The translations under genes were made by a program, and so were the position numbers. From NCBI RefSeq assembly GCF_009914755.1, contig NC_060927.1: 64,000 bases of DNA, one strand, 5' to 3'. Below are positions 15,864 through 28,826 of the stretch, in pieces (position 1 is the first letter of the stretch; every line of letters begins with the position of its first letter). The DNA is from the human T2T-CHM13v2.0 reference genome, Homo sapiens. The notes under the pieces were generated by a model. The model had not been told where the DNA came from. It did not search any database and saw only the letters and a program-made list of their open reading frames with translations.

Positions 15864-16227
15864 GCCAGGTAGCCTTAAAATAGAGGTGTGGCCACCGTGG
15901 GTTCATTCCACTGTTTTTTACCTTGATCTGACCAACTAGTAATTTGCTTATGCTCTGAAGCATGTAGATGATACACATTAACCTTCAGAGTTTTTGTTTC
16001 AGAGACCACTAAATTCCAGTTACCTAATGTGAAAAGCAGATTGGAAATATGACAGGAGTGAGATGAATTAAAATAATAAACCTTCTTCCCTCCTTGCCTT
16101 GTGTTTTAACTCATAAGAGTAATGACTTTAAAATTAAAATGTTAGTAGTATGTTTATTTTAAGGTAGTTATTTGTATTGTAAAATAAATACATTATCACA
16201 TGCAAACTCAGCTCTTGTACTTTGACT

Positions 16228-16475
16228 AATAGCTAGCATTTACTGAGTGCTGACTATGTAATTAGCATTGACTTAAGCTCTTTATACATTGTATCCCATT
16301 AAATATATACACGGTATCTTATTAAATCTTATTTAATATTATAACCCCAAATTTTCTGATGAGATAAGACTGACTAACTTTTCAGACAATAAGTGTTAGA
16401 GCTATGATTGAAATTCAGGTTTGCTGTCTCATTTAGATCCTATGTCCTCTAGGTAGTATAAAATACTGCTTCTCA
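16228..16475 (-). mobile_element. MIR
   Basis: aatagctagcatttactgagtgctgactatgt...cccaaattttctgatgag...agagctatgattgaaattcagg, typical antisense MIR. Confidence 0.7.
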
Positions 16476-16512
16476 ACTGGCCATGAATGTTAGTCACAAT
16501 TAAATATTAGAG

Positions 16513-16833
16513 CAGTGGTTCCCAATGTTTTTGGCACCAGAGACTGGTTTCCTGGAAGACATTTTTTCCACGGACAGGTTGGAGGGTGGATGGTTTCGTG
16601 ACAAAACAGTTCTTCCTCAGATTATCAGGCATTAGTTAGATTCTCATAAAGAGCTCACAACTTAGCTAGATCCCTCGCATATACAGTTCACAATAGGGTT
16701 TGTACTCCTATGAGACTCTAATGCCCCCGCTGATCTGACAGGAGGCAGAGCTCAGGCAGTAATGCTCGCTGGCCCCCCACTCACCTCCTGCTGTGCGGCC
16801 CTGTTCCTAGCAGGCCACGATTGGGGACCCCTG
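16513..16833 (+). mobile_element. MER1B (hAT-Charlie MITE)
   Basis: TIRs cagtggttcccaa / ttggggacccctg; 8-bp TSD tattagag / tcttagag; internal gatctgacaggaggcagagctcaggc. Confidence 0.9.
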
Positions 16834-17644
16834 TCTTAGAGGAACAAATGTGAATTCCAACAGCTATTACTAATATTGCTTTCTTAATTTATGACCAATT
16901 TATCCATGTCTATATTTGTCTATATACCATCTATATCTATATCCATGTCATCTATATCTATATATCACTAGAGTAGCATTGAGGAAATAATAGAATATAG
17001 GATATGCAGGAAAAGAGATAGGTCAACATGTATTGAGCAACAATTTAAGGCACTTTTACTTGCATTAATCACTTATGTCTTGCAATCACCTATTTTATAA
17101 ATGAAGTAGGTAGTTCACTAATTCAAGAAGCAGAGAAGGCTAGAACATGCAAAAGTGGAAAGAAGAAGGACTCTACGGTTGGTCAGAGTGAGAAAAAGAA
17201 GAGATGGTGGAGGTTTTACAGAGAGAAAAGGGGCACGGTTCTTATCAAGATCACAGGGGTCCTGGTCTGGGTCCGGTGATGAAGGCCTTGGTTAGTAGCA
17301 GTGAGCAGCCTGGTCAGCCAACGTCTATCATGCCAGAACCGCCAGCTCACTAGGCAGGGGAGTTTCTAGTCTATTCTTTTGCTGAACAGTAGTAAGACAA
17401 AAGTTAATATTTTTAGGACATTGGATAATAACTGAGCTTTTATGAGGCCTTTTGCCTTAATATATAAACTGCAGATTTACTACAGATTTTTCCAATTTAT
17501 ATTTCCATTAATTAAATGTTTTTCATAACGTCATTTTGCTTAAATGTAAGTGGGGAAAATTGGGCTGTCTGGGAGTGTATATTTTGCTTAGAAATGTTGG
17601 AATAACCAAACTAAGGCAAATTAGATATTAAAAAGTTATATGCT

Positions 17645-17820
17645 TATAAAAGAAAAACTTCAGCTGAATGAAATTTTACAAAGTTTAATAGAGTAATGCA
17701 TGATTCGTGAATTGGGCAGCCTCCCAAGCTGGAGTAGACTCAGAGACTCCAGTGCAGCCACTGGGTGGAAGAAGATTTATGGATAGAAAAAGGAAGGTGA
17801 CATACAGAAGATGGAAGTGA
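17645..17820 (-). mobile_element. MER51-type ERV1 LTR fragment
   Basis: aaagaaaaacttcagctgaa...gggcagcctccc...agactccagtgcagccac...gaagaagatttatgga...ggaagtga. Confidence 0.75.
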
Positions 17821-18136
<316 letters not shown>

Positions 18137-18269
18137 GGAAGGGAATTAAAAAAACCAATAATCCTCAAGTTCAATCCTCTATGATACATCACTTGATTTT
18201 AATCCCAGCTTTCATGTACATTTATAGCAGTATTAAGTATTTTGGCACAAACTCCCTGTACATTATTTA

Positions 18270-18685
18270 GCAATTGTCATTAAAATACTGCAAAACAGAC
18301 CACTCAAAAACCCATTGACAACAATAATATGTAATCTTGTCCACACATCTGCAGGTTGGACTAAGGGTGGGCAATCTTAGCTGTGTTCAGCCAAGCCTAG
18401 CTCTAGGATGGAGTTAACTCTAAGTTAACTAGGACTTACAACAGCAGATGTATGCTTTTCATGAGACATGTTCTTCTCATGGAAAATGCAGGAATATGGG
18501 AGAGTAAGACAACTGTGCAAGCATATTAAAAGTTTTGCTTATTTCAGATCCATTAACATCCCACTGGTTATAGCTAAGCCCAAAGTCAAGACCCAAGAAC
18601 ACTGCCAGAGTGTAGATACAGAATGTGATGACTTGGCAGGAAGGGGAATGATGAAAAATCGGGATTGATAATTTTGTCTATTACA
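18270..18685 (-). mobile_element. MLT1 (G/H-like) MaLR LTR remnant
   Basis: catgttcttctcatgg...tgtgcaagcatattaaaagttttgctt...taacatcccactgg...agcccaaagtcaag. Confidence 0.6.
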
Positions 18686-18849
18686 AGCAGAGGAATACAT
18701 CTATTTCTCTAAGAATTTCTTTTCTAAATTTCTCATCTGCAACTCATGTGAAGGTGTACAGTGTGAGTTATGACACAAGTGGGTCTCTACAACTATTGTT
18801 CTTCCTTTTCTTCTAGTACCACAAGTTCTTTCAGGAAAAAAAGAACTGT

Positions 18850-19120
18850 TCTGAAACTGTCTGTTCTACAGGATGTTAAGGAGTTATTACGTTAACAAAG
18901 TTTTTCAGATCAAATAAGCTTGTGATATGCTTCATTGTAGGGCTACTAAAACCATTTAACCTACTGATGCATATTGCAGATATTTAAGAGAGATATATGG
19001 CATACAACAGTCCACAAACTTATTTGACAACAGAATCCCCTTCCTTCAAGAAACACTTTTTTTTTTTTAAAGAACATCTTGAGGACCTATAGTTTTGTGG
19101 AATTCATTGTGAGAAATGCT
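18850..19120. mobile_element. hAT-Charlie-like DNA transposon remnant
   Basis: caaacttatttgacaacagaatccc and terminal gtggaattcattgtgagaaatgct resemble Charlie4-type ends; family uncertain. Confidence 0.45.
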
Positions 19121-20982
19121 CTCTTAAGGCAACTTCCATCTCTGTTGCTTCTTAGTTCAAATGGTACTGACATCTGGTTAATATCCCAATTTCGAGATCA
19201 GTATTTCTAACAAGAATTTAAGGGAGATAGGCGGCAGAGCAAGATGGCCAAATAGAACACTTTTGCAATTGTTCCCCAACAACAACACCAAATTTAACAA
19301 CTACCCACACAGGAAATCACTTTCATAAGAACCAAAAAAATATTAGGTGAGCAACCACAAACACCTGGTTTGAACACAGTATCATGGAGAGCAGTATTAA
19401 AGAGGGCAGAAAAGAAAGTCTTGCATTGCCTACACCACTCCTCCTCCAACCCCAGGCAAAGCAGCACAGAGAAAGAATCTGTGTGCTTGCGGGAGGGAAA
19501 GTAAAGTGAGTGTGGGGCTTTGCATTGAAACTCAGTGCTGCCCTGTCACAACAGAACACAACATAGGGCAGAAATCTGCTGGAGTATTAGATCAGCCCTG
19601 GGCCAGAGGGGAATTCCCTGACCCAGTATGAGGAGCCTGAGTTCCAGCTGTTTTATTTACCAGCTGACTAAAGTGGCCTGGGGCCAGAAATGAATTTGAG
19701 TGGTAGTCAGGCTACAAGGACCGCCGTTCTAGGGCAAGCCATGGTGTTGCACTGATCCCAGAGGCAGTGTACTTGGGGTGCATGCAGCTATGAGACACTG
19801 GCCATGGTAGTCAAGGGAATGCCTGCATCTCCACTCCCCCAAATCCAGGCAGTGCTCCTTCCACTTGGGGGAAGGAGAAAGAAGAGTGCAGTGGACTGTG
19901 CCTCACAATTTCGATACCAGCTCAGCCACAGTAAAATAGAGCACCAGATTTCTGAAGCACCAAATTTCAGGCATTTGGTGCTGGATAGCATTTCTAGATG
20001 CACCCTGGGCCAGAAGGGGAACTGCTGGCTTCCTGGCACGGATCCATCCTGACAGAATTCAACATCTGCTGACTAATGTGGTTTTGGGCTTTGAATAAAC
20101 ATCATCAGCAGCCAGGCAGTAGTGGTTGCAGGCCTTGGGTGAGCCCCAGTATTGTTCTTGTCTGCAAGACTTCAGATGTGACCCCACACAGTGTCAGCTA
20201 TGATGGCCTCGGGAGTGCCTGTGTCAACCCTCCTCCAACTCCAGGCAGCCCAGCATGGAGAGACTCCTGACTGGGGGAAAGAGGGAAGGGAGCAAAAGAC
20301 ATTTCCTAGTAAGCCAGGGAATTCTTCCTTATCTTACTCAAGTCCACTAAGGCTGGGTATTTAACTCTGCAAGAGTCACAGTAGTCCTGGGCTTAGGGCA
20401 CTACCTAGTGCTGAAATGGCTGCAGTGACCACAGGCTTAGGTCACAATGCTTAATCCCTTTTGAATTCATAAAAAACCCTCTCAAGAAGGATAGACACAA
20501 ACAAGCCCATACTACAGAGACTAGAAAAATACCTAACTCTTTAATGCCCAGGCATAAACAAACATCCATAAGCAGCAAGAGCATTCAGGAAAACATGACC
20601 TCATCAAATGGTCTAAATAAGGCACCAGTGGCCACTCCCGGAGTGACAGAGATATGTGAACTTTCAGACAGAAAATTCAAAACAGCTGTCTTGAGCAAGA
20701 TAAATGAACTTTAAGATAACACAGGAAAGGAATTAAGAACTTCATTAGAGAAACAAAGATTTTTAAATAATAAGAAATTAAACAAATTCTGGAGCTGAAA
20801 AATTCAATTGACAAACTGATAAATGCATTGGAATTTCTCAATACCAAAATTGATCAAGCAGAAGAAAGATTTAGTGAGCTCAAAGGTAGTCTATATTAAA
20901 ATATACAATCAGACGAGAAAAAGGAAAAAGAATAAAAATGAATGAAGCGGACCTACAAGATCTAGAAAATAACCCCCAAAAA

Positions 20983-21420
20983 GACATGAAATCAACCTAG
21001 ATGCCCAATAACAGTGGACTGAACAAAGAAAATGTGATACCTATACACCATGGAATACTACATAACCATAAAAAAGAATCCTTTGCAGCAACATGGATGA
21101 TGTTGGAGGCCATTATGCCAAGCGAATTAATGTGGGAACAGAAAACAAATACCACATATTCTCATTTATAAGTGGGAGCTAAACATTGAGTACACATGGA
21201 CACAATAAAGGGGACAATAGAAACTAGGGCCTACTTGAAGATGGAGAATGGGAGGAGGGTAAGGATTGAAAAACTACCTGTTGTGCACTATTCTAATTAC
21301 ATGGGTGACAAAGTTATTTGTACACTAAAGCCCCTTGACATGCAATTTACCCATGTAATAAACCTGCACGCATACCCCCGAACCTAAAATGAAAGTTGGG
21401 AAAAAAAAGAAAAAAAGAAA
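20983..21420 (+). mobile_element. L1PA15/16-like 3' fragment nested in L1MA3 ORF1
   Basis: gacatgaaatcaacctagatgccc...aagtgggagctaaacattgagtacacatggacac...aacctaaaatgaaagttgg plus A tail; host ORF1 resumes afterwards. Confidence 0.85.
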
Positions 21421-22624
21421 GCCTAAAAAGGACAAATCTAAGAGTTACTGGCCTTGAAGAAGATGTAGAGAGGGAGATAGGAGTAAAAATTAATTTGAAG
21501 GAATAATAACAGAACTTTCCAAACTTATAGAAAGACATGAATGTCCAGGTACAAGAAAGTCAAAGAACGACAAGCAGATCCAACAGAAATAAGACTATGG
21601 TATATAGTAATCAAACTCTCAAAGCTCAAGGATAAAGAAGGAATCCAAAAAGCAGCAAGATAAAAGAAACAAATAAAAATAAAAAGAATTGTGATATGCC
21701 TAGCAGCAGATTTCTCAATGGAATCCTTACAGGCCAAGAGGAAGTGGAATGACATTCAAAGTGCTGAAGGAAAATAACTTTCAACATAGAATATTACATC
21801 CAGCAAAATTATCCTTCAAACATGAAGGAGACAAACAAAAGCTGTGGGACTTCATCAACTCTAGGCTGGTCTTAAAAGAAGTGCTAAAGAAAGTTCTTCA
21901 ATTTTAAATAAAACGAAGTTAATGTATAACAAGAAATCATCTGAAGGTATAAAACTCACTAGTAATAGTAAGTATACAAACAAACAGAATACTCTAACAC
22001 TGTAATTGCAATGTTTAAACCACTCATATCTTTAGTAGGAAGACTAAAAGACAAACCTATCAAAAATAATAACTACAACTACTATTTAGATATAGACAGT
22101 ATAAAATATATGAATAGAGACAATAAAAAGTCAAAAAGTGGGAGAAAACGGTTGAAGTGTAGAAGTTTGTAGTTTTCTATTTGCTTCTTTGTTTTTTCTT
22201 TTCCTTGTAATCAGAGTTATCAGTTTAAAATAATTGGTTATAAGATGTTATTTGCAATCATAATAGTAACCACAAAACAAAACCTATAACAGATACAAAA
22301 AGAATAAAAAGCAAGAAGTTAAAATATACTACCAGAGACAAACAATACAAACAAATGGAAATTAAACAATATGCTCCTGAATGACCAGGGGGTTTTCAAG
22401 AAACTTAAAAGAAAATTGAAAAATTTCTTGAAACAAATGAAAATGGAAACACAGCTTACTAAAACCTATGCAATACAGCAAAAACAGTGCCAAGAGGGAA
22501 GTTTATAGCAATAAATGCCTACATCAAAAAAGTAGAAAAACTTCAAATGAACAACCTAATGATATATTGTTAAATACTAGAAAAGTAAGAGCAAACCAAA
22601 CCCCAAATTAGTAAAAAAAAAAAA

Positions 22625-23022
<398 letters not shown>

Positions 23023-23908
23023 TTAACAAACTTTTAGCAAGACTAAGAAAAAAAGAAAGAAGAGCCAAATAAATAAAATTGGAGACAAAAAAGGAGACAA
23101 TGTAACTGATAGCACAGAAATTCAAAGGATCATTAGAGACTATATGAGCAACTATACATCAATAAATTGGAAAAACTAGAAGAAACAGATAAATTTCTAG
23201 ACACATGCAACATGCCAAGATTGAACCATGGAGAAATCCAAAACCTGAATAGACCAATAACAAGTAATGAAATAGAAGCAATAATAAAAAGTCTGTCATT
23301 CAAAGAAAAGCCCAGGACCTTATGACTTCACTGCTGAATTCTACCAAATATACAAAGAAGAATTAATACCATTCCTACTCTAACTATTCTAAACAATTGA
23401 GGAGGAGGAAATACTTCCAGACTTATTCTATGAGGTCAGTATCACTCTGATACCAAAACCAGAAAAAGAGATAACCAAAAAAGAATACTACAGGCCAATA
23501 TCTCTGATGGACATAGATACAAAAATCCTCAACAAAATAATTGCAAACCAAATTTAACAACACATTAAAAAGATCATTCATTATGATCAAGTAGAATTTA
23601 TCCCTGTGATGCAAGGATAGTTCAACATACACACATCAATAAATGTAATACACCATATCAACTTAATAAAGGACAAAAACTATATGATTACTTCAATAGA
23701 TGCTAGTAACAGCATTTGATAAAATTCAACATTCCCTTCATGATAAAAAGACGAAAAAAAAAAACTGGGTGTAGAGGGCACAGGCCTGAACTTGATAAAA
23801 GCCATTTATATAATATCCACAGTTAATATCATATTGAAAGGGGACTTTCAGTATGAAACTGAACACCTTTCCTCTAAGACCTGAAACATGACAAAGTTAC
23901 CCACTTTC

Positions 23909-24208
23909 AGCCAGGTGTAGTGGCTTACACCTGTAATCCCAGCACTTTGGGAGGCCAAGGTGGGTGGATCACTTGAGGCCAGAAGTTCAAGACCAGCCTG
24001 TCCAATATGGTGAAACCCCATCTCTACTAAAAATACAAAAATTAGGCAGGTGTGGTGGCTCACACCTGTAATCCCAGCCACTCAGTAGGCTGAGGCACGA
24101 GAATTGCTTGAACCCAGGAGGCAAAGTTTGCAGTGAGCTAAGAGCATGTCAATGCATTCCAGCTTGGGCAACAGAACAAGACTCTGTCTCAAAAAAAAAA
24201 AAAAAAAA
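23909..24208 (+). mobile_element. AluS (Sz/Sx-like) inserted in L1 ORF2
   Basis: Complete dimer, poly-A; degenerate TSD aaagttacccactttc / aaagatgcctactttc. Confidence 0.94.
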
Positions 24209-26183
24209 AGATGCCTACTTTCACCACTTTTATTCAACATAGTACTAGAAGCCCTAGTCAGAGCAAATAAACAACAGAAAGGAACAAAGGGCATCCAAAT
24301 TAGAAAGGAAGAAATCAAACTAGCCTTAGTTGCATGTGATACAATCTTACATTTAGAAAAATCTAAAGATGCCACCAAAAAACTGTTAGAACTGATAAGC
24401 AAATTCAGCAAAATTGCAGGATACAAAATCATCTTACAAAAGTCCGAAGCATTTCTATATGCCAACAGCAAACAATCTGAAAAAGAAACCAAGAAAGCAA
24501 TCCCATTTGAAATAGTTACAAATAAAATAAAACATCTAGGAATTAACCAAAGAAGTAAAAGATTTCTACAATGAAAACTATAAAACATTGATGAAAGAAA
24601 TTGAAGAGGACACAAAACACCGGAAAGATGTTCCATGTTCATGGTTTGGAACAACCAATATGGTTAAAATGTCCATACTACCCAAAGCAATCTACAGATT
24701 TAATGGAATTCCTGTCAAAATACCAATGACATTCTTAACAGAAATATAAAAAACAATTCTAAAATTTATATGGAGCCACAAAAGACCCAGAATAGCCAAA
24801 GCTATCCTGAGAAAAAACAATAAAGCTGGAGACGCCATATTGCCTGCCTTCAAATTATACTAGAAAGCTATAGTGACCAAAATGATATGATGTTGACATA
24901 AAAGCAGACATATAGACCAATGGAACAGAATAGAGAACTCAGAAATAAGTCCATGCATTTACAGTCAACTCATTTTAGACAAAGTGCCAAGAACATACAT
25001 TGGGTAAAGGATGGTCTCTTCAATAAATGGTGCTGAGAAAACTAGATATCCATATGCAAAAGAATGAAATTAGACTCCTATCTCTTGCCATATACAAAAA
25101 TTAACTCAAAATGGATTACAGACTTTAATATAAGACCTGACACCATTAAACGATTAGAAGAAAACATTGGGGAAATACTCCAGGACATTAGTCTGGACAA
25201 AGACTGAGTAAGACCTCAAAAACACAGGTAACCAAAGGAAAAATGGGCAAATGGGATCACATCAAGCTAAAAAATATCTGCACAACAAAGGAAAAAAAGC
25301 AACAAAGTGAAGGGACAACCCACAGGATGGGAGAAAATATTTGCAGACTACCCATCTTACAAGTAATTAAAAACCAGAATATATAAGGAGATCAAAAAAC
25401 TTGATAGGAAGAAAACAAATATTCTAATTAAAAAATGGGCAAAAGATCTGAGACATATTTCAAAAGAAGACATGCAAATGGCCAACAGGTATAAGAAAAC
25501 ATGCTCAACATCACTAATCATCAGATAAAAAAATGTGAATTAAAACAACAGTGAGATATCATTACATCCCATTTAAAATGGCTTTTATCTGGCCAAAAAA
25601 CATGAAAGAATGCTCAACGTCACTAATCATCAAAGAAATGCAAATAGAAACGTTAATGAAATGCCATCTCACACTAGTGAGAATGGCAATTTTTAAAAAG
25701 TCAAAAAACAATAGATGCTGGTGAGGCCATGTAGAAAAGGGAAGACATACACTGTTTGTGGGAGTGTAAATTAATCCATCCATTGTGGAAAGAAGTTTGG
25801 AGATTTCTCAACTAATTTAAAACAGAACTACCATTTGACCCAGCAATCCCATTACTGGATATGTATCCAAAAGAAAATGAATCATTCTACAGAAAAGACA
25901 TATGCATTCACACATCCATCCCTGTGCTATTCACAGTAGCAAAGACATGGAATAAACCTAGGTGCCCATAAACAGAGGATTGGATAAAGAAAATGTGGCA
26001 CATGTATGTCGTGGAATATAATGCAGTCATAAAAAAGAACAAAATCATGTCCTTTGCAGCCACCTTGATGCAGCTGGAGGCCATCATCATAAGTGAATTA
26101 ATGCAGCAACAGAAAACCAAATACTGCCTGTTCCCACTAATAAGTGGGAGCTAAACATTGGGTACTCATGAATACAAAGGTGG

Positions 26184-28479
26184 TGATATGGTTTGGCTGT
26201 GTCCCCACCCAAATCTCATCTTGAATTTTAGCTCCCATAATTCCCATATGTTGCAGAAGAGACCCATTGTGAGATAATTGAATCATGGGGGCAATTTTCC
26301 CCACACTGTTTTTGTGATAGTGAATAAGTCTTATGAGTTCTGATGGGTTTATAAGGGGAATGCCTTTCACTTGGTTCTCTCATTCTCTCTTGTCTGCCAC
26401 CATATAAGACATGGCTTCTGCCTCCCACCATGATTGTGAGGCCTCCCCAGACATGTGGAACTGTGAGTCCACTAGATCTCTTTTTCTTTATAAATCACCC
26501 AGTCTCAGGCATGTATTTATCAGCAGCATGAAAATGGACTAATACAGTAAATTGGCACTGGGCATGGGGAACTGCTGTAAAGATACCTGAAGATGTGGAA
26601 GTGACTTTAGTACTGGTTAACAGTCAGGGATTGGAATGGTTTGGAGGACTCAGAAGAAGACTAGAAAATGTAAGAAAATTTGGAACTTCCTAGAGACTTA
26701 CTGAATGGCTTTGACCAAAATGCTGATAATGTTATGGACAATGAAATCTAGGCTGTTGTGGTCTCAGATGGAGATGAGGAAATTGTTGTGAACTGGAGTA
26801 AAGGTGACTCTTGCTATGTTTTAACAAAGAGACTGGCAGCATTTTGCCATTTTGCCTCTACTCCAGAGATATGTGGAACTTTGAACTTGAAGGAGATGAT
26901 TTAGGGTATCTGGTAGAAGACATTTCTAAGCAGCAAAGCATTCAAGAGGTGACTTGGGTGCTGTTAAAAACCTTCAGTTTTAAAAGGGAAAGAACATAAA
27001 AATTCTGAAAATTTGCAGCCTGACAATGCACTAGAAAAGAAAAACCTATTTTCTGAGGAGAAATTCAAGCTGCCTGCAGAAATTTGCATAAGTAACGAGG
27101 AGCCAAATGTTAATGGTCAAGACAATGGGAAAAATGTCTCCAGGGCATGTCAGAGACCTTCATGGCAGCCTCTCCCATCACAGGCCTGAAGGCCTAGGAG
27201 GAAAAATGGTTTTATGGGCTGGGCCCAGGGACACCCTGCTGTGTGCAGCCTAGGGACTTAGCTGCTCCAGCCATGGCTAAAAGGTGCCAAGGAACAGCTC
27301 ATGCTGTGGCTTCAGAGGGTGTAAGCCCCAGCCATGGCAGCTTCCACATGGTGTTGAGCCTGTGGGTTGCACAGAAGTCAAGAATTGAGGTTTGGGGACC
27401 TCTGCCTAGATTTTAGAGGATGTATGGAAATGCCTGGATGTCCAGGCAGAAGTTTGATGCAGGGCAGGACCCTCATGGAGAACCTCTGCTAGGGCAGTGC
27501 AGAAGGGAAATATGGGGTTGAAACCCCCACACAGAGTCCCCACTGGGGCACCACCTAGTGAAGCTGTGAGAAGTGGGCCACCATCCTCCAGACCCCAGAA
27601 TGCTAGATCCACTGACAGCTTGCACCGTGCTCCTGGAAAAGCTGCAGACACTCAACTCCAGCCTGTGAAAGCAGCTGGGAGGGAAGCTGTACCCTGCAAA
27701 GCCACAGAGGCGGAGCTACCCAAGACCATGGGAACCCACCTCTTGCATCAGTGTGACCTGGATAAGAGACATGGAGTCAAAGGAGATCATTCTGGAGCTT
27801 TAAGATTTGACTGCCCTGCTGGATTTCGGACTTGCATGGGGTCTTTAGCCCCATTGTTTTGGCCAATTTCTTCCACTTGGAATGGGTGTATTTATCCAAT
27901 GCCTATGCTCTCACTATATCTGGGAAGTAACTAACTTGCTTTTGATTTTACAGGCTCATAGGTGGAAGGGGCTTGCCTTGTCTCAGATAAGACTTTGGAC
28001 TGTGGACTTTTGAGTTAATACTGAAATGAGTTAAGACTTTGGGGGACTCTTGGGAAGGCATGATTGGTTTTCAAATGTGAGGACATGAGATTTGGGAGGG
28101 GCTAGGGGTGAAATGATATGGTTTGGCTGTGTCCCCATCCAAATCTTATCTTGAGTTGTAGCTCCCATAATTCCCACATGTGGGAGGGACCTGGTGGGAG
28201 ATAATTGAATCATGGGGGCGATTTTCTCCATACTGTTCTCGTGGTAGTGAATAAGTCTCATGAGATCTGATGGTTTTATAATGGGAAATCACTTTTGCTT
28301 GGTTCTCTCATTCTTTCTTGTCTGCCACCATGTAAGACGTGCCTTTTGCCTTCCACCATGATTGTGAGACCCCTGTCCCCAAGCCACATGGAACTGTGAG
28401 TCCACTAGACCTCTTTTTCTTTATAAATTACCCAGTCTCGGGTATATCTTTATCAGAAGTGTGAAAACGGACTAATACA
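26184..28479 (+). mobile_element. Complete THE1 (THE1B/C-like) MaLR provirus: LTR-int-LTR
   Basis: LTRs 26184-26546 and 28114-28479 (tgatatggtttggctgtgtcccca...ggactaataca), internal 26547-28113, 5-bp TSD ggtgg / gatgg. Confidence 0.95.
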
Positions 28480-28549
28480 GATGGCAACCATAGACACTGG
28501 GGACTGATAGATGGGGGAAGGAGGGAAAGGGACAAGGGTTGAAAAACTA

Positions 28550-28826
<277 letters not shown>

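Noticed and set aside
24082-24654. 190-aa and 142-aa overlapping ORFs
   Set aside because: Sense and antisense frames across an Alu tail and decayed L1 ORF2
27406-27934. ORFs in THE1-int (and 56966-58019 in MSTA-int)
   Set aside because: Fragmented MaLR internal frames with stops; common repeat-derived artefacts
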